DNA of 64,000 bases. It comes from an uncultured delta proteobacterium (lineage in GTDB: Bacteria > Myxococcota_A > Polyangia > Polyangiales > JAFGIB01). The notes beneath the pieces are model-generated. The model was not told the DNA's origin. It saw only the letters and a list, made by a program, of their open reading frames with translations, and made no database searches. Shown here piece after piece: positions 7,853 to 19,137 of the stretch. The number at the start of each line of letters is the position of its first letter. Positions within the stretch are counted from its first letter, which is position 1. The stretch spans positions 1 through 64,000 of the forward strand of contig CAVZVA010000010.1 of NCBI GenBank assembly GCA_963778655.1, in the 5' to 3' direction. The position numbers were made by a program, and so were the translations under genes.

Positions 7853-10123
7853 TCATAGTAGCTGGGCGATGGTGGCGAGCAGTTGCTGCTGGTCGAAGGC
7901 GCTCTTGGCCAGGTACGCGTCCGCTCCGGCCTCGAGCCCGCGCGCTCGATCGCGCTCGCTTTGCAGCGCGGTCACCAGCACCACGGGCAGGTCGCGGAAG
8001 CGCTTGGAGTCGCGGATCGCCTCGGTCAGCGAGAAGCCGTCCATGCGCGGCATCTCGACATCGGCCACCACCAGGTCGGCGCCCTGATCCTGCAGCAGCT
8101 GCCAGGCGTCGAGCCCGTCGGCGGCCGCCACCACTTCGTAGCCCGCAGCCTCGAGAATGCTCTTCTCCAGGCTGCGCGTGGTGACCGAGTCGTCGGCCAC
8201 GAGCAAGCGCTTCCTGACGCTTGCGGCGGCCGGTTGCAGCGCATCGGCGAAGCCCATGCGGGTCGCTCGCCTGCGGGCGGTCTGCACCAGCTCGCCGGCG
8301 GTGAGGATGAGCGCCAGCCTGCCGTCCTGCAGCACGGTCGCGCCGGCCACGTGCCGCAGCCGGCGCAGCCGCTTGCCCAGGCTCTTGACCACCACCTCCT
8401 GCTCGGTCAGCAGCGCGTCGACCGCGAAGGCCAGCTCCTGTTCGGCGGCCGCCACCACCACCAGCGGCAACTTGGCGCAGCTGCGCGCGGGCTCCTGCGC
8501 GCGCAGGCCCAGCGTGGCCGCCAGCGATGCGATCGGCAGCGGGGTGCCGCCGGTGAGCGCCACCTCGCGCCCGTCGATCGAGCCGAGCTCGGCAGCGCCG
8601 ATGCGCAACAACCTCCGCACGCTGGTCGTCGGCAGCGCGAACAGCTCGCCGGCGGCGACCACGATCACGGCCCGCAGCGTGGTCAGGGTGAGCGGAAGCA
8701 GCAGGGCGAAACGCGTTCCACGCCCCGGCTCGGAGCTGACCTCGACGCTGCCGTGCAAGCTCTCGGCCCTGTGCCTGACCACGTCCAGGCCCACACCCCG
8801 GCCCGAGAGCTCGGTGACGACCGCGGCGGTGGAGAAGCCCTGCTGGAAGATCAAGCGTTGCAGCTCGCGCGGGTCGCTGGGCGGCGCGCTCTGGCCCTTG
8901 GCGGCGCGCGCGTGGATCGCCTGCAGGTCCAGGCCCGCGCCATCGTCGGCGACCACCACCTCGACCCCGTCGCCGCGCAGCGAGGCCGCCACGCTCACCC
9001 GCCCGCGGCCGGGCTTGCCCGCAGCCGCACGCTGCGCCGGCGGCTCGATGCCGTGATCGATCGCATTGCGCACCAGGTGCAGAAGCGGATCCTTGAGCCG
9101 CTCGAGGATCGCGCGATCGAGCTCGACCTCGGCGCCTTCGATCACCAGCTCCACGTCCTTGCCCGCGGCCTTGGCCAGATCGCGGGCGGCGCGATCGAGC
9201 TCCTCACAGGCCTCGGCAAAGGGCAACATGCGCAAGCGGCGCACCTCTTGCTCGAGCGCGGAGGCCGCCAGGTCGAGCGCGTGCTGATCGGCGCGCAGGT
9301 CGCGCGCCAGCCGCTCCAGGCTCTGCTCGAGCCGGCGGACGTTCTCCTTGGTGCGACCGAGGGCGACGAGCGCGCGGCGCGGCAGGACTGCGGGCGCGGG
9401 CGCAGCAGCGAGCGCAGCCGCAGCGGGCAGGGGCAGGGGCAGGGGCAGCGAAGCATCGCCGCCCTTGCGCGGCGCGCTGAGCGTGCGCAAGGGCTTCTCC
9501 AGCCGGCGCCACTCCACTACCAGCCGCCGCGCCATCTCGCGCAGCTGAGCCATGTCCTCTTGGCGCGCCGAGAGCCGGCGCCGCGTCAGCAGCAGCTCGC
9601 TGCCGAGCGCCGCGAGCGCATCGAGCTTGGCCGCGGCGACGCGCAGCGATCCGTCCTCGTCCGGCGCGCGCGAGGCAGGCATCGAGAGCACCGCCTTGGG
9701 CGGCGGCGGCGCGGTCTCGGCGCGCGCCTGCAGCGCCGGATCCAGCTGAGGAAGCACCTGCTGCAACGCGGATCCCCGCAGATCCTGCTGCGCCCGCAAG
9801 CGGCCCGCCGCGTCCTGCAAGGCGTCGGCCGCCGACAGCAACAGCTCAAGCAGCTCCGGTGTCAGCGGACGCATCCCGTCGCGCAGCGCGCCGAGCGTCG
9901 CCTCCAGGCGATGACATGCGCTCTCCACCGGCTCCACGCCCGCGGAGCGTGCCGCACCTTTGATGCTGTGCGCGGTGCGAAACAGCCGCTTGATCAGCTC
10001 GCCGTGCTCTTGCTCGGGCTGCTGCTCGAGCGCGAGCAGGTCGCGGTTGAGCGCCCGGACGTGGTCCTCCAGCTCCTCGACGAAGATCCCGACCAGCCGT
10101 TCTCTGAGCCTGAGCTTATCCAT
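7853..10123 (-). CDS. cheA: CheA hybrid kinase (Hpt-dimerisation-HATPase-CheW-REC; WspE/ACF type)
   Basis: FRTAHSIKGAA Hpt, HLVRNAIDHGIE, GFSTA..SGRGVGLDVV, C-terminal receiver LLVADDSVTTR. Confidence 0.95.
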   Translation of the reverse strand: MDKLRLRERLVGIFVEELEDHVRALNRDLLALEQQPEQEHGELIKRLFRTAHSIKGAARSAGVEPVESACHRLEATLGALRDGMRPLTPELLELLLSAADALQDAAGRLRAQQDLRGSALQQVLPQLDPALQARAETAPPPPKAVLSMPASRAPDEDGSLRVAAAKLDALAALGSELLLTRRRLSARQEDMAQLREMARRLVVEWRRLEKPLRTLSAPRKGGDASLPLPLPLPAAAALAAAPAPAVLPRRALVALGRTKENVRRLEQSLERLARDLRADQHALDLAASALEQEVRRLRMLPFAEACEELDRAARDLAKAAGKDVELVIEGAEVELDRAILERLKDPLLHLVRNAIDHGIEPPAQRAAAGKPGRGRVSVAASLRGDGVEVVVADDGAGLDLQAIHARAAKGQSAPPSDPRELQRLIFQQGFSTAAVVTELSGRGVGLDVVRHRAESLHGSVEVSSEPGRGTRFALLLPLTLTTLRAVIVVAAGELFALPTTSVRRLLRIGAAELGSIDGREVALTGGTPLPIASLAATLGLRAQEPARSCAKLPLVVVAAAEQELAFAVDALLTEQEVVVKSLGKRLRRLRHVAGATVLQDGRLALILTAGELVQTARRRATRMGFADALQPAAASVRKRLLVADDSVTTRSLEKSILEAAGYEVVAAADGLDAWQLLQDQGADLVVADVEMPRMDGFSLTEAIRDSKRFRDLPVVLVTALQSERDRARGLEAGADAYLAKSAFDQQQLLATIAQLL

Positions 10124-10168
10124 CGCTGCCCTCTACGCGCGTCGGGCCGCTGCCGGCCGGAGCTCGGG

Positions 10169-11506
10169 TCAGGGCGCAGCGCCCGGCATGCCACCGTGGC
10201 CGGCCAGCAGATCCTTGAGCTTCGCGCCCAGCGCGTGCAGATCCTGGGCCGCGCGCTCCTGTTGCTTGGTCGAGGCCAGGCTCTGGTTGGTGGCCTGAGT
10301 GATCTGGCGCATGGCCTGGTGGATCTGCGCCATGCCCGCGGCTTGCTGACCTGCGGAGGCGGAGATCTGCATGGCAGCCTGAGTCGCCTCGGCGATGGTG
10401 TCCGCGAGCGATTTGATGGTGTCGCCGGACTGCGCCATCAGCTTGATCGCGGCGTTGACGCTCTTGGTGCCCTCCTCGGTCGCCATCACCGCGCCGTTGG
10501 TCGCGCGCTGAATGTCACCGAGGATTTGCCGCACCTGCGCGGTCGCTTTCTTGGCTTGATCGGCCAGCACCTTGACCTCGCCGGCCACTACCGAAAAGCC
10601 CCGGCCGTGCTCGCCCGCGCGCGAGGCCTCGATCGCGGCGTTGAGGGCGAGCAGGTTGGTCTGCTCGGCGATCTCCGCCACGGTGGCGATGATCTCGCCG
10701 ATCGCCTGGGCCTGCTCCGCGAGCGCCAGGATGCTCTCGGCGATGCCCTCGACCTGCTCCTTGACCACGCCCATGCCGGCCACGGTCTCGTCCACCGCCT
10801 TGCGCCCTGCGCGCGAGATCTCGACCGAGCGCTGCGAGGTCTCGGCCACGGTCTTGGCGCGCTGCGCAGCCTGGTCCGAGGTCTGCGCCACCTCGTCGAC
10901 GGTGGTCGCGGTCTGCGTGACGGCTGCAGCCTGTTGCTGCGCGCCAGACGCCTGCTGGGTGGTCGCGGCCAGGATCTCGGACGAGGCGGCCGCCAGCTGC
11001 GAAGCGGTCTCGGCGACCGCCAGCAGCAGCTGGGTCTTGGCCTCCTCGGAGCGCTTGCGCTCGCTGATGTCGATGATGGAGGCCAGCACGAAGGTGCCCT
11101 GCTCGGTGACCAGCGGGGAGAGCCCGATCTCGACCGGCACCTCGCGCCCGTCCTTGCGTAGTGCGTACAGGTCGCGGCCTGCCCCCATCGTGCGCGGGCT
11201 CGGATTGGCCAGAAAGCCCGTGCGCTGCTGCGGGTGGGTGTAGCGCACGTGCTCCGGCACCAGCGTGTCAACCGCAATCCCGAGCAGCTCTGCACGGGTG
11301 TAACCGAAGATGCGTTGCGCGAGCGCGTTGGCCAGCACGACCTTACCCGCGCCGTCCACCATCAGGATGCCCACGGGCGCGGCCTCGAGCGCGTGCCCGA
11401 AGCGCTCCTCGGCGCGACGGTCCACGCGGCTGCCGGCCTGCGCCGGCCGGCGCGTGCGCCCGTTGCCGCTCTTGGATTTGGGACGACTCTGCACCTTCTG
11501 TGTCAT
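10169..11506 (-). CDS. Cytoplasmic PAS-domain methyl-accepting chemoreceptor
   Basis: PAS ([25 protein letters not shown]) followed by the MCP tip [30 protein letters not shown]; no transmembrane segment seen. Confidence 0.92.
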   Translation of the reverse strand: MTQKVQSRPKSKSGNGRTRRPAQAGSRVDRRAEERFGHALEAAPVGILMVDGAGKVVLANALAQRIFGYTRAELLGIAVDTLVPEHVRYTHPQQRTGFLANPSPRTMGAGRDLYALRKDGREVPVEIGLSPLVTEQGTFVLASIIDISERKRSEEAKTQLLLAVAETASQLAAASSEILAATTQQASGAQQQAAAVTQTATTVDEVAQTSDQAAQRAKTVAETSQRSVEISRAGRKAVDETVAGMGVVKEQVEGIAESILALAEQAQAIGEIIATVAEIAEQTNLLALNAAIEASRAGEHGRGFSVVAGEVKVLADQAKKATAQVRQILGDIQRATNGAVMATEEGTKSVNAAIKLMAQSGDTIKSLADTIAEATQAAMQISASAGQQAAGMAQIHQAMRQITQATNQSLASTKQQERAAQDLHALGAKLKDLLAGHGGMPGAAP

Positions 11507-11524
11507 GATTCGGTGGCTCCTGAT

Positions 11525-12172
11525 TCAGGCCCCGGGGTCTTCGCGCGTGCCCTGGTCGACGACCAGACGAGTATCGGCGAGCAGCGCGCCGGCGTCGATG
11601 ATGATCAGCGCGTCCGCGGTAACGCCGCGCAGGTAGCCGCGCCCGATGCCGCCCGCAAGCTCGGGCGGCGCGAGCACGCGGGCCAGCGGCAGGCGCTCGA
11701 CGGTGTCGGCGCTGTCCACGACGATGCCGAGCTCGCTCGCGGCCTGGCCCAGCACGATCAGGCGAGAGAGATCGGTCAAGTCGTGCTCCGCGATCGAGAA
11801 GAAGCGCCGCAGATCGACCAGCGCCAGCATCTCGCCGCGCAACGCGGTGATGCCGAGAATCGGGTCGGGGGCCCCCGGAACCCGCGTGAAGTCGAGCAGC
11901 CGGGTGACCTCGCGCACGAAGCGGGTTTCGACCGCGTAGCGCTCGCGCCCCAGGCCGAACACCAGCAACTCGAGCAGGTCGGCCGGCGCCTCGGCCTGCG
12001 GTCGCGCCCGCGCCAGTGCTCGGGCGCGCGCTTCCATGATCGCGTGCGCAGCCTCGGCCGAGGGTGCGAGCGCTTGCTCCATCGCGGCTTGCACGCGCGC
12101 GAGCCGCGCGTGCGCCTGCGGCCAGTCGATCGCCCCGCTCGCAGCCCGCCGCGGTCGCGCCCGCGCGGTCAT
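11525..12172 (-). CDS. cheW: CheW-like coupling protein
   Basis: LVFGLGRERYAVE..VREV, TRVPGAP.ILGITALRGE; ATG overlaps the cheR stop. Confidence 0.9.
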   Translation of the reverse strand: MTARARPRRAASGAIDWPQAHARLARVQAAMEQALAPSAEAAHAIMEARARALARARPQAEAPADLLELLVFGLGRERYAVETRFVREVTRLLDFTRVPGAPDPILGITALRGEMLALVDLRRFFSIAEHDLTDLSRLIVLGQAASELGIVVDSADTVERLPLARVLAPPELAGGIGRGYLRGVTADALIIIDAGALLADTRLVVDQGTREDPGA

Positions 12173-13638
12173 CGCGCCTCCAGCTGCAGCTCGAGCCGCG
12201 CGAGCTGTGCGTCCGCCGCCGCCGCAAGTCCTGAGGCGCGCTCGCCGTCGCCGAGCGACAGCAAGGTATCGGCGGGCAGGGAACGCGCGAGCTCGGCCGC
12301 GTTGCGGTAGGCGCGCTGCGCACCGGCGCGATCGCCCTGGCGGGCGAGCAGCGTGCCGAGCACGAAGTGGGCCATGGCGAGCGTGCGGTCGAGGTAGACC
12401 GCGCGGCGCATGCTGGCGGTCGCCTCGGCCAGGCTGCCGAGCTCGAGCAGCAACACGGCGTGCAGAAAGTGCAGCTCGGCGCTCAAGGGGTAGCGCCGCA
12501 CGGATTCGGCGGCGGGCTCGAGCGCGCGCGCGGCCCCGTCGCGGTTCGCACGCGCGCGCAGCGCCACGGTCGCTGCAGCGGCATTGCCGATCTCGGCGGT
12601 GAGCCGCATCGCACCGTCGTAGTCGCCAGCCGCCAGCGCGGCGCGCGCGCGCGCCAGCGGGTCGGGCTCGGCCCGCGGCTGTTCTGCCGGGGGAGCGGCC
12701 GCGGGCTCGGCCGCGGCGAGCGTCGCGGCGGCGCCCGCGCGTTCTACTACCGGCGCCGCGGCGCTCGGCAGCGCAAACGGCTGCGCCGGTCTCAGGCTGA
12801 CCGCGGCCGTCATCATCGGCCGGCGATGCAGCAACCCGGCCGGGGTCTTGACCATCTCGAAGGGCGCGTGATCGAAGAGCAAGGGATCGGAAGGCCCCGT
12901 GATTAACCAGCCGCCGGGGGCCAGCGCCTCGAACAGCCGCGCGGCGACGCGCGCGATGGTTGGCCGGTCGAGATAGATGAGGACATTGCGGCAAAGCACC
13001 AGGTCCAGCCCCCAGATAGCGTGCTCGAGCGACGGGTACGCAGCGTGCGCGAGGTTCAGCTGGACGAATGCGACCCGGCGCGTGATCCGCTCGTCCAGCG
13101 CGAGCGTGCGGCCGCTCGCGCGGAAGTAGGAGGCCACCAGCGCGGGCTCCAGCCCGCGCAGCGACCACGGCCGGTAGCGCCCCGCCCGCGCTCTCGCCAG
13201 CGCCGGCCGCGAGATGTCCGACCCGACGATCCGCACGCGTTCGCCCAGGCCGAGCTGGTCGGCGATGATCGCCAGCGAATATGGCTCCTCGCCCGAAGCG
13301 CAGCCGGCGCTCCAGGCGCGCAGCACGTGATCCGGACCGCGGCGCGCCAGCACCTCGGCCATGATCTCGCTGCGAACGAAGTCGAGCTGATCGCGCTCGC
13401 GAAAGAAGTACGTCTCGCCGACCGTGAGCTCGGCGACCAGGTCGTCGAGCGCGACCGGCTGCGCTTGAAGGCGCTCGAGGTACTGTTCGACATCGAGCAG
13501 CTTGGCGCGCGTCATGACACGCCGAATGCCCGCCACCGCGTCGTCGAAACGACGCGCGTCGAACGCGAGCCCGGTGTGTGCGCCCACCAGGCGGACGACG
13601 GCGCTGAAGGCCGAGTCCTCCGGCAGCGGCACGCTCAT
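12169..13638 (-). CDS. cheR: CheR methyltransferase with C-terminal TPR (WspC-like)
   Basis: LTVGETYFFRE, WSAGCASGEEPYS, GSDIS, CRNVLIY; C-terminal TPR (RRAVYLD...AHF.LG). Confidence 0.93.
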   Translation of the reverse strand: MSVPLPEDSAFSAVVRLVGAHTGLAFDARRFDDAVAGIRRVMTRAKLLDVEQYLERLQAQPVALDDLVAELTVGETYFFRERDQLDFVRSEIMAEVLARRGPDHVLRAWSAGCASGEEPYSLAIIADQLGLGERVRIVGSDISRPALARARAGRYRPWSLRGLEPALVASYFRASGRTLALDERITRRVAFVQLNLAHAAYPSLEHAIWGLDLVLCRNVLIYLDRPTIARVAARLFEALAPGGWLITGPSDPLLFDHAPFEMVKTPAGLLHRRPMMTAAVSLRPAQPFALPSAAAPVVERAGAAATLAAAEPAAAPPAEQPRAEPDPLARARAALAAGDYDGAMRLTAEIGNAAAATVALRARANRDGAARALEPAAESVRRYPLSAELHFLHAVLLLELGSLAEATASMRRAVYLDRTLAMAHFVLGTLLARQGDRAGAQRAYRNAAELARSLPADTLLSLGDGERASGLAAAADAQLARLELQLEAR

Positions 13639-14186
13639 CGCGTTCCCCGCGCAGCGGCGGGCGCGACCGCGGCCTCGAGCTGCGAAGCCTCGCCGGGCGT
13701 GAGGAAGGTCTGCAAGTCGTGTATCAGCGCGAGCCCCTCGGGCAGCTTGGCCACGCCGGACACGTAGCATACCCCCGGAACCGCATGCTGCACGTCTTCG
13801 AGCTGGCCTCGCTGGATGTGGGCCAGATCGAGCGCACGGTCGACGCGCAGCGCCACGCGCCTGTCCCCGGCTCGCGCGATCACGAAGTGGTCGGTGTGGG
13901 CCAGCGGCTTGTGCGCGAGCTCGAAGCGGCTGCGGATGTCGAGCACGGGGACCAGGCTGCCGCGCAGGTCGATCACGCCTTCGACGATGGGCGGCGCCTT
14001 CGGCAGCGGCCGCACGCTCACGGCGCGGACGACCTCCAACACCGAGGGCGAGGGCAGCGCGTAGAGCTGGCCCTCGAGCTCGAACAGCAACACCTCGGAC
14101 AGCGCGTCGAGCGCACCCGGGTCACGCTCCGCCGCCGGCTGCTCGGTAACAGCCGGGCCCGCTCCGCCACGCGTCCTTCGAGCCAC
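13635..14186 (-). CDS. cheW: CheW-like coupling protein (start uncertain)
   Basis: LLFELEGQLYALP..V.EVVR, PLPKAPPIVEGVIDLRG.LVPVLD, VALRVD. Confidence 0.88.
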   Translation of the reverse strand: MARRTRGGAGPAVTEQPAAERDPGALDALSEVLLFELEGQLYALPSPSVLEVVRAVSVRPLPKAPPIVEGVIDLRGSLVPVLDIRSRFELAHKPLAHTDHFVIARAGDRRVALRVDRALDLAHIQRGQLEDVQHAVPGVCYVSGVAKLPEGLALIHDLQTFLTPGEASQLEAAVAPAAARGTR

Positions 14187-14200
14187 CCCGGTATAGTAGA

Positions 14201-15889
14201 TCAAGACCCGGCCCTTACGGACCGACCGCCGGGCAGGTTTTTCGGCCCGGATTGTGCGGACCCATCCAGCGGGGGCCGGGGCAGCGCATCGATCGCGCGC
14301 AGGTCGAAAATCGCGAACGAGCCGGCCACCACCTCGAGTGGCTTGGCGCGCACGAAGACCGAGGCGCGCGGCATGCGCAACAGCAGGTGCAGGCTCGCCG
14401 CGTACAGCGCGCGGTAGGGGTGCAGGGACTCGATCGGCTGGGCATCGGTCGCGCGCTCCATGTACGCATGCAGCGGGATCTGAATGAACTGGAAGACGCG
14501 GATCGGCGTACCGGGAAACCGCCGGTCGCGATAGGCGTCGAGCGCGGGTAGCGCCTGGCCCCAGTCCACATTCGAGTCGTCCAAGCACGCCGGCACTGTC
14601 CCGGTGCGGCAAGGCAAGCCGTTGAACCACGCGATCGGACTGGCCTGCAACGCCTGCGTCAACGCGAGCAGCTCGAGCGCGCAGGCGAGCCCCAGCGCGA
14701 CGCGCGCCTTGGGCGACGACCAGAGCTGCGCGACCGCGATGCCGGCGGTGACGAACGCGAACGGGACCACCGGCAGCACGTAGCGCACGCCGATGGCCGG
14801 GGCGAACAGCGACATGGTCGCCAGATACGCGCCGGGCACGATCGCCAGGCACGCCAGATCGGTGACGGCGTCGGCACGCGCGCCCGCATCGGGCGCGCTG
14901 CGCAGGACGCGCGACAGCAAGCGCCACAGCCCGAGCAGGCCCAGCGCGATCAGCGGCCACTCGAGCTTGACCATCAGCGCCCGCGCGAAGTACAGCGGCT
15001 GCGACCCCCTGCCGACGAAGAACTCGCCGAAGGCGTAGAACGGATAGTTCGGCATGTGGTTGAAGCCGACGCTACGCACGCCGTCGAGGTAGGCTGCGAC
15101 GCTGGGCGGCCAGCCCCACGCCAGCGCGCATCCGAGCGAGCCGCCGAGAGCCAGCGCGGCCCAGGCCAGCAGCATCGGGCGCCAGCTTCGCGCGGGCAGC
15201 GCGCTCAGCAACGCAGTCAGACCGAGCGCGATCACCGAGACTGCCATCGAGTACTTGGAGGCCATGCCCAGCGCGACGCTCAGCGCGAGCAGGCCGAGCC
15301 ACACGCCCGCGCGCCGGGGCCGGCTTGCGTGCTGCGGCCGCATTACGCCGTGCAGGCACAGCGCCCCGGCCAGGCTGAACGCGCTGACCGCGGCGTCGGT
15401 CGTGACCAGGGTGGCGTGCGCGTACCACAACGGGCAGCACGCGGCGAAGAACGCGGCCGCCAGCGCCGCCAGCGGGCCCGCGAGCCGGTATGCGAAGAGC
15501 GCGGCCATCAACAGGACGAGGCTGGAGAGCAGAATCACCGGGATGCGCGCCCGGCCGATCAGCGCAAGCGCCTGGCCGGGGCGACCCTGGTGCAGCACCT
15601 CGTGGCCGAACGTCCATTCCGTGCTGCGGTCGATCTGGGCGGGCGGCTTCGGCGGTGAGGGCAGCCCGAGCGCCAGCGCAGCCAGCAGCTTGACCAGCGG
15701 CGGATGCTCGCGGTTGAGACGCATGTCGCCCTGGAGGTAGCCGACGCCAGCGCCTACGTGCGCGACCTCGTCACCGGTGGCCGACTGCCGGTATGCGATC
15801 CGCACGGCGATGCCGACGAAGGCCAGCCAGCACAGCGCGACCGCGGCGAACATCGTGCGCGCACCCATAGGCGCGCTCGAGTGAATCAC
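14201..15889 (-). CDS. GT-C fold membrane glycosyltransferase (GT39/ArnT/PMT-like)
   Basis: ATGDEVAH, LNREHPPLVKLLAA, HATLVTTD, ASKYS, GVRYVLP, DSNVDWGQ; many hydrophobic helices. Confidence 0.8.
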   Translation of the reverse strand: MIHSSAPMGARTMFAAVALCWLAFVGIAVRIAYRQSATGDEVAHVGAGVGYLQGDMRLNREHPPLVKLLAALALGLPSPPKPPAQIDRSTEWTFGHEVLHQGRPGQALALIGRARIPVILLSSLVLLMAALFAYRLAGPLAALAAAFFAACCPLWYAHATLVTTDAAVSAFSLAGALCLHGVMRPQHASRPRRAGVWLGLLALSVALGMASKYSMAVSVIALGLTALLSALPARSWRPMLLAWAALALGGSLGCALAWGWPPSVAAYLDGVRSVGFNHMPNYPFYAFGEFFVGRGSQPLYFARALMVKLEWPLIALGLLGLWRLLSRVLRSAPDAGARADAVTDLACLAIVPGAYLATMSLFAPAIGVRYVLPVVPFAFVTAGIAVAQLWSSPKARVALGLACALELLALTQALQASPIAWFNGLPCRTGTVPACLDDSNVDWGQALPALDAYRDRRFPGTPIRVFQFIQIPLHAYMERATDAQPIESLHPYRALYAASLHLLLRMPRASVFVRAKPLEVVAGSFAIFDLRAIDALPRPPLDGSAQSGPKNLPGGRSVRAGS

Positions 15890-16048
15890 AGATCACGCTG
15901 GGGGACATGAAAGCGCGCGCAATCGCCGCGCGGCTGCGGCTCGCCACGCCTGCGCAGGCATGGGCCGGCAGCGGCACGGATTTTGCTCAATGCCGAATGG
16001 CGCACGGGGCTTGAAAGCGGGCGGCGGTTGTGCGGCGGTGTGCCAACC

Positions 16049-17884
16049 ATGGATGCCACCCACGCGCGCACGCCGCCGCGCCGAGCTCGGCAGCCTTGGT
16101 ACCGCCGCGCGCGAGCGTGCGGGCGGCGCGCGCGCGTGCCCGCCACGCTGGCCCGGCTGGGGCTCGCGCTGAGCTGGATGCTGGCCGCCTGCGGCGCGTG
16201 CGGGCCCGTGGCTCTGGCGCACGCAGAGCCGGCGGCTGGCGGCCAGGCTGCCGTCGATGCGCAGGTCTGGGCCGGCTGGAACGCGTTGCACGCCAAGCGC
16301 TACGCGCAGGCGCGGGTCGAGCTCGAGCGTGCGGTGGACAGCGCGCCGCAACGGGTCGATGCCCAGCTCGGTCTGGGCGAGGCGCTGTTCTGGCTGCACC
16401 ACTACCGTGCCGCACTGGCGCGCTACGAACGGGCCGTCGCGCTCGCTCCAAAGCTGGCGCACGCCCACAGCGGCATCGGCCATGCCTGCCTCAACCTCGC
16501 GATCCAGGCCACCGATCACCCGCGCACGCGCGCTGGGCTGCTCTCGCGTGCGGCCTCCGAGTTTGCCCGGGCGCTGGCGCTGGACCCGAGCCACGGCGGG
16601 GCGCGCTACGGCGCCCGGGTGGTGGCGCGGATGCGCTCGCCGCGCGGCCATTCGCTGGCGCCGCTGGGATGGCTGGTGGCCGCGCTGCTGCTCGTGCTCG
16701 GAGGCGCCGCGGCGCGGCGCCTGTGTCGGCGCGGCATGCCCGCGCTCCGGGGCCTCGCCATCCCGATCGCGTTGTTCGCGGCCACGCGCGCGTTGGTATT
16801 CGCTGCGTTCGCGCTCTCCCCGCTGCTGCTCGGCGAGGCGCAGCCTCACCCATGGCCGCTGTTGCCCGCTTCCGATTTGCCCCTGCTCGACGCCGTGGCC
16901 GCTCGCTGGGACGCCAATCTGTACGCAGCCACGACGCTGCACGGCTACTCCGTGGGCCCGGACGCGCCCGCCGCGGGCAGCTGGAGCACGGTCGGCGAGT
17001 TCCCGTTGCTTCCTGTGCTGCTGCGCGGGCTCGGCTATGCCTTGGACGACTATCGGTTGGCGGCGCTGGTCATCCCGAATCTGGCCTTGTTGCTGGCGAC
17101 CGTGTTGTTCTTCGTCTGGGTCCGCGACCGGCTCGGCAGGCGCGTCGCCGTGGCGGCGCTGTGCGCGCTGCTGCTGCACCCGGGCTCGCTGTTCGGATCG
17201 GTGCTCTATGCCGAGCCGCTGGCGCTGCTCTGCCTGGTCGGCGTGGTGTGGAGCCAAGAGCGCGGCCGTGAGCTGAGCGCAGGCGCATTCGGCGTGCTCG
17301 CGGGCCTGGCGCGCGTCAACAGCCTCGCCGTCGTGCCATGGCTGCTGCTCGACTGGTGGCGGCAAGGCCCGCGGCGCGGCGGCCTGTTGCTGGTCGCGCT
17401 CTCGCCGTTGCTCGGCGCCGGCGCGTTCCTGCTGTACCTGCAGCTGGCGCTGGGCGATGCGCTGGCGTACGTGCACGAGCTGCGCCACACGCGCTTCGCC
17501 GGACAGCCGCTCTTGGTCGCGCTCTCGGAGGCCCGCCACCTGCTCGCCCGCGGGCTCGGCCTGCGCCCGCCCGAGCCACCCGACGCCCGCCTGGGCGCGA
17601 TGGTGATCGCGCTGCTGTGCCTGATGCTCGCTACGGTCGCCCTGGTCTGGCTGATCCGTACCCGCGACTACGGCCCGGCGCTGTTCGTCGGCTGCGGGAT
17701 CCTGCTCGGGCTCGCCTCCAGCCTGGCCGCGCAGACGCGCTATCTGTGGCTGCTGTTTCCCTGCTTCGTCCCGCTCGGGCGGGCAGCCGACCGTCGCGTG
17801 CTGCGCCCGATCGCGCTGCTGCTGGCCGCCTCCGTGCTATTCGGCACCGCGGCCGCGTTCGCGCGCTGGTACTACGTTACCTGA
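16049..17884 (+). CDS. TPR-containing GT-C mannosyltransferase-like membrane protein (PIG-V/GT76-like)
   Basis: N-terminal TPR-like repeats followed by ARWDANLY, FPLLP.L, P.SLF.S.LYAE.L, LARVN and RYLWLLFP, typical of PIG-V-like GT-C enzymes. Confidence 0.7.
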   Translation: MDATHARTPPRRARQPWYRRARACGRRARVPATLARLGLALSWMLAACGACGPVALAHAEPAAGGQAAVDAQVWAGWNALHAKRYAQARVELERAVDSAPQRVDAQLGLGEALFWLHHYRAALARYERAVALAPKLAHAHSGIGHACLNLAIQATDHPRTRAGLLSRAASEFARALALDPSHGGARYGARVVARMRSPRGHSLAPLGWLVAALLLVLGGAAARRLCRRGMPALRGLAIPIALFAATRALVFAAFALSPLLLGEAQPHPWPLLPASDLPLLDAVAARWDANLYAATTLHGYSVGPDAPAAGSWSTVGEFPLLPVLLRGLGYALDDYRLAALVIPNLALLLATVLFFVWVRDRLGRRVAVAALCALLLHPGSLFGSVLYAEPLALLCLVGVVWSQERGRELSAGAFGVLAGLARVNSLAVVPWLLLDWWRQGPRRGGLLLVALSPLLGAGAFLLYLQLALGDALAYVHELRHTRFAGQPLLVALSEARHLLARGLGLRPPEPPDARLGAMVIALLCLMLATVALVWLIRTRDYGPALFVGCGILLGLASSLAAQTRYLWLLFPCFVPLGRAADRRVLRPIALLLAASVLFGTAAAFARWYYVT

Positions 17885-17902
17885 GCGCGCTCTCTGGCGC
17901 CG

Positions 17903-19012
<1,110 letters not shown>

Positions 19013-19137
19013 GCAACCCGGGATACGACGCACAGGACGCGCCTGGCAAGGGGTGCGCGGCGGGGGAACGCCCACGACCACGACCAGGAGGGGTCCACGT
19101 TGCGGCCACGTCGCCGACTACGAGCTGCAGCGTCCGC

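Noticed and set aside
9425..9448. (GGGCAG)x4 microsatellite in cheA as a phase-variation site
   Set aside because: The hexamer unit keeps the frame and only encodes an LPLPLP linker
7883..11161. 1092-aa plus-strand ORF and other long antisense ORFs (e.g. 33841-35646, 55536-58148, 23945-26008)
   Set aside because: These are shadow ORFs opposite well-supported genes, expected in high-GC DNA
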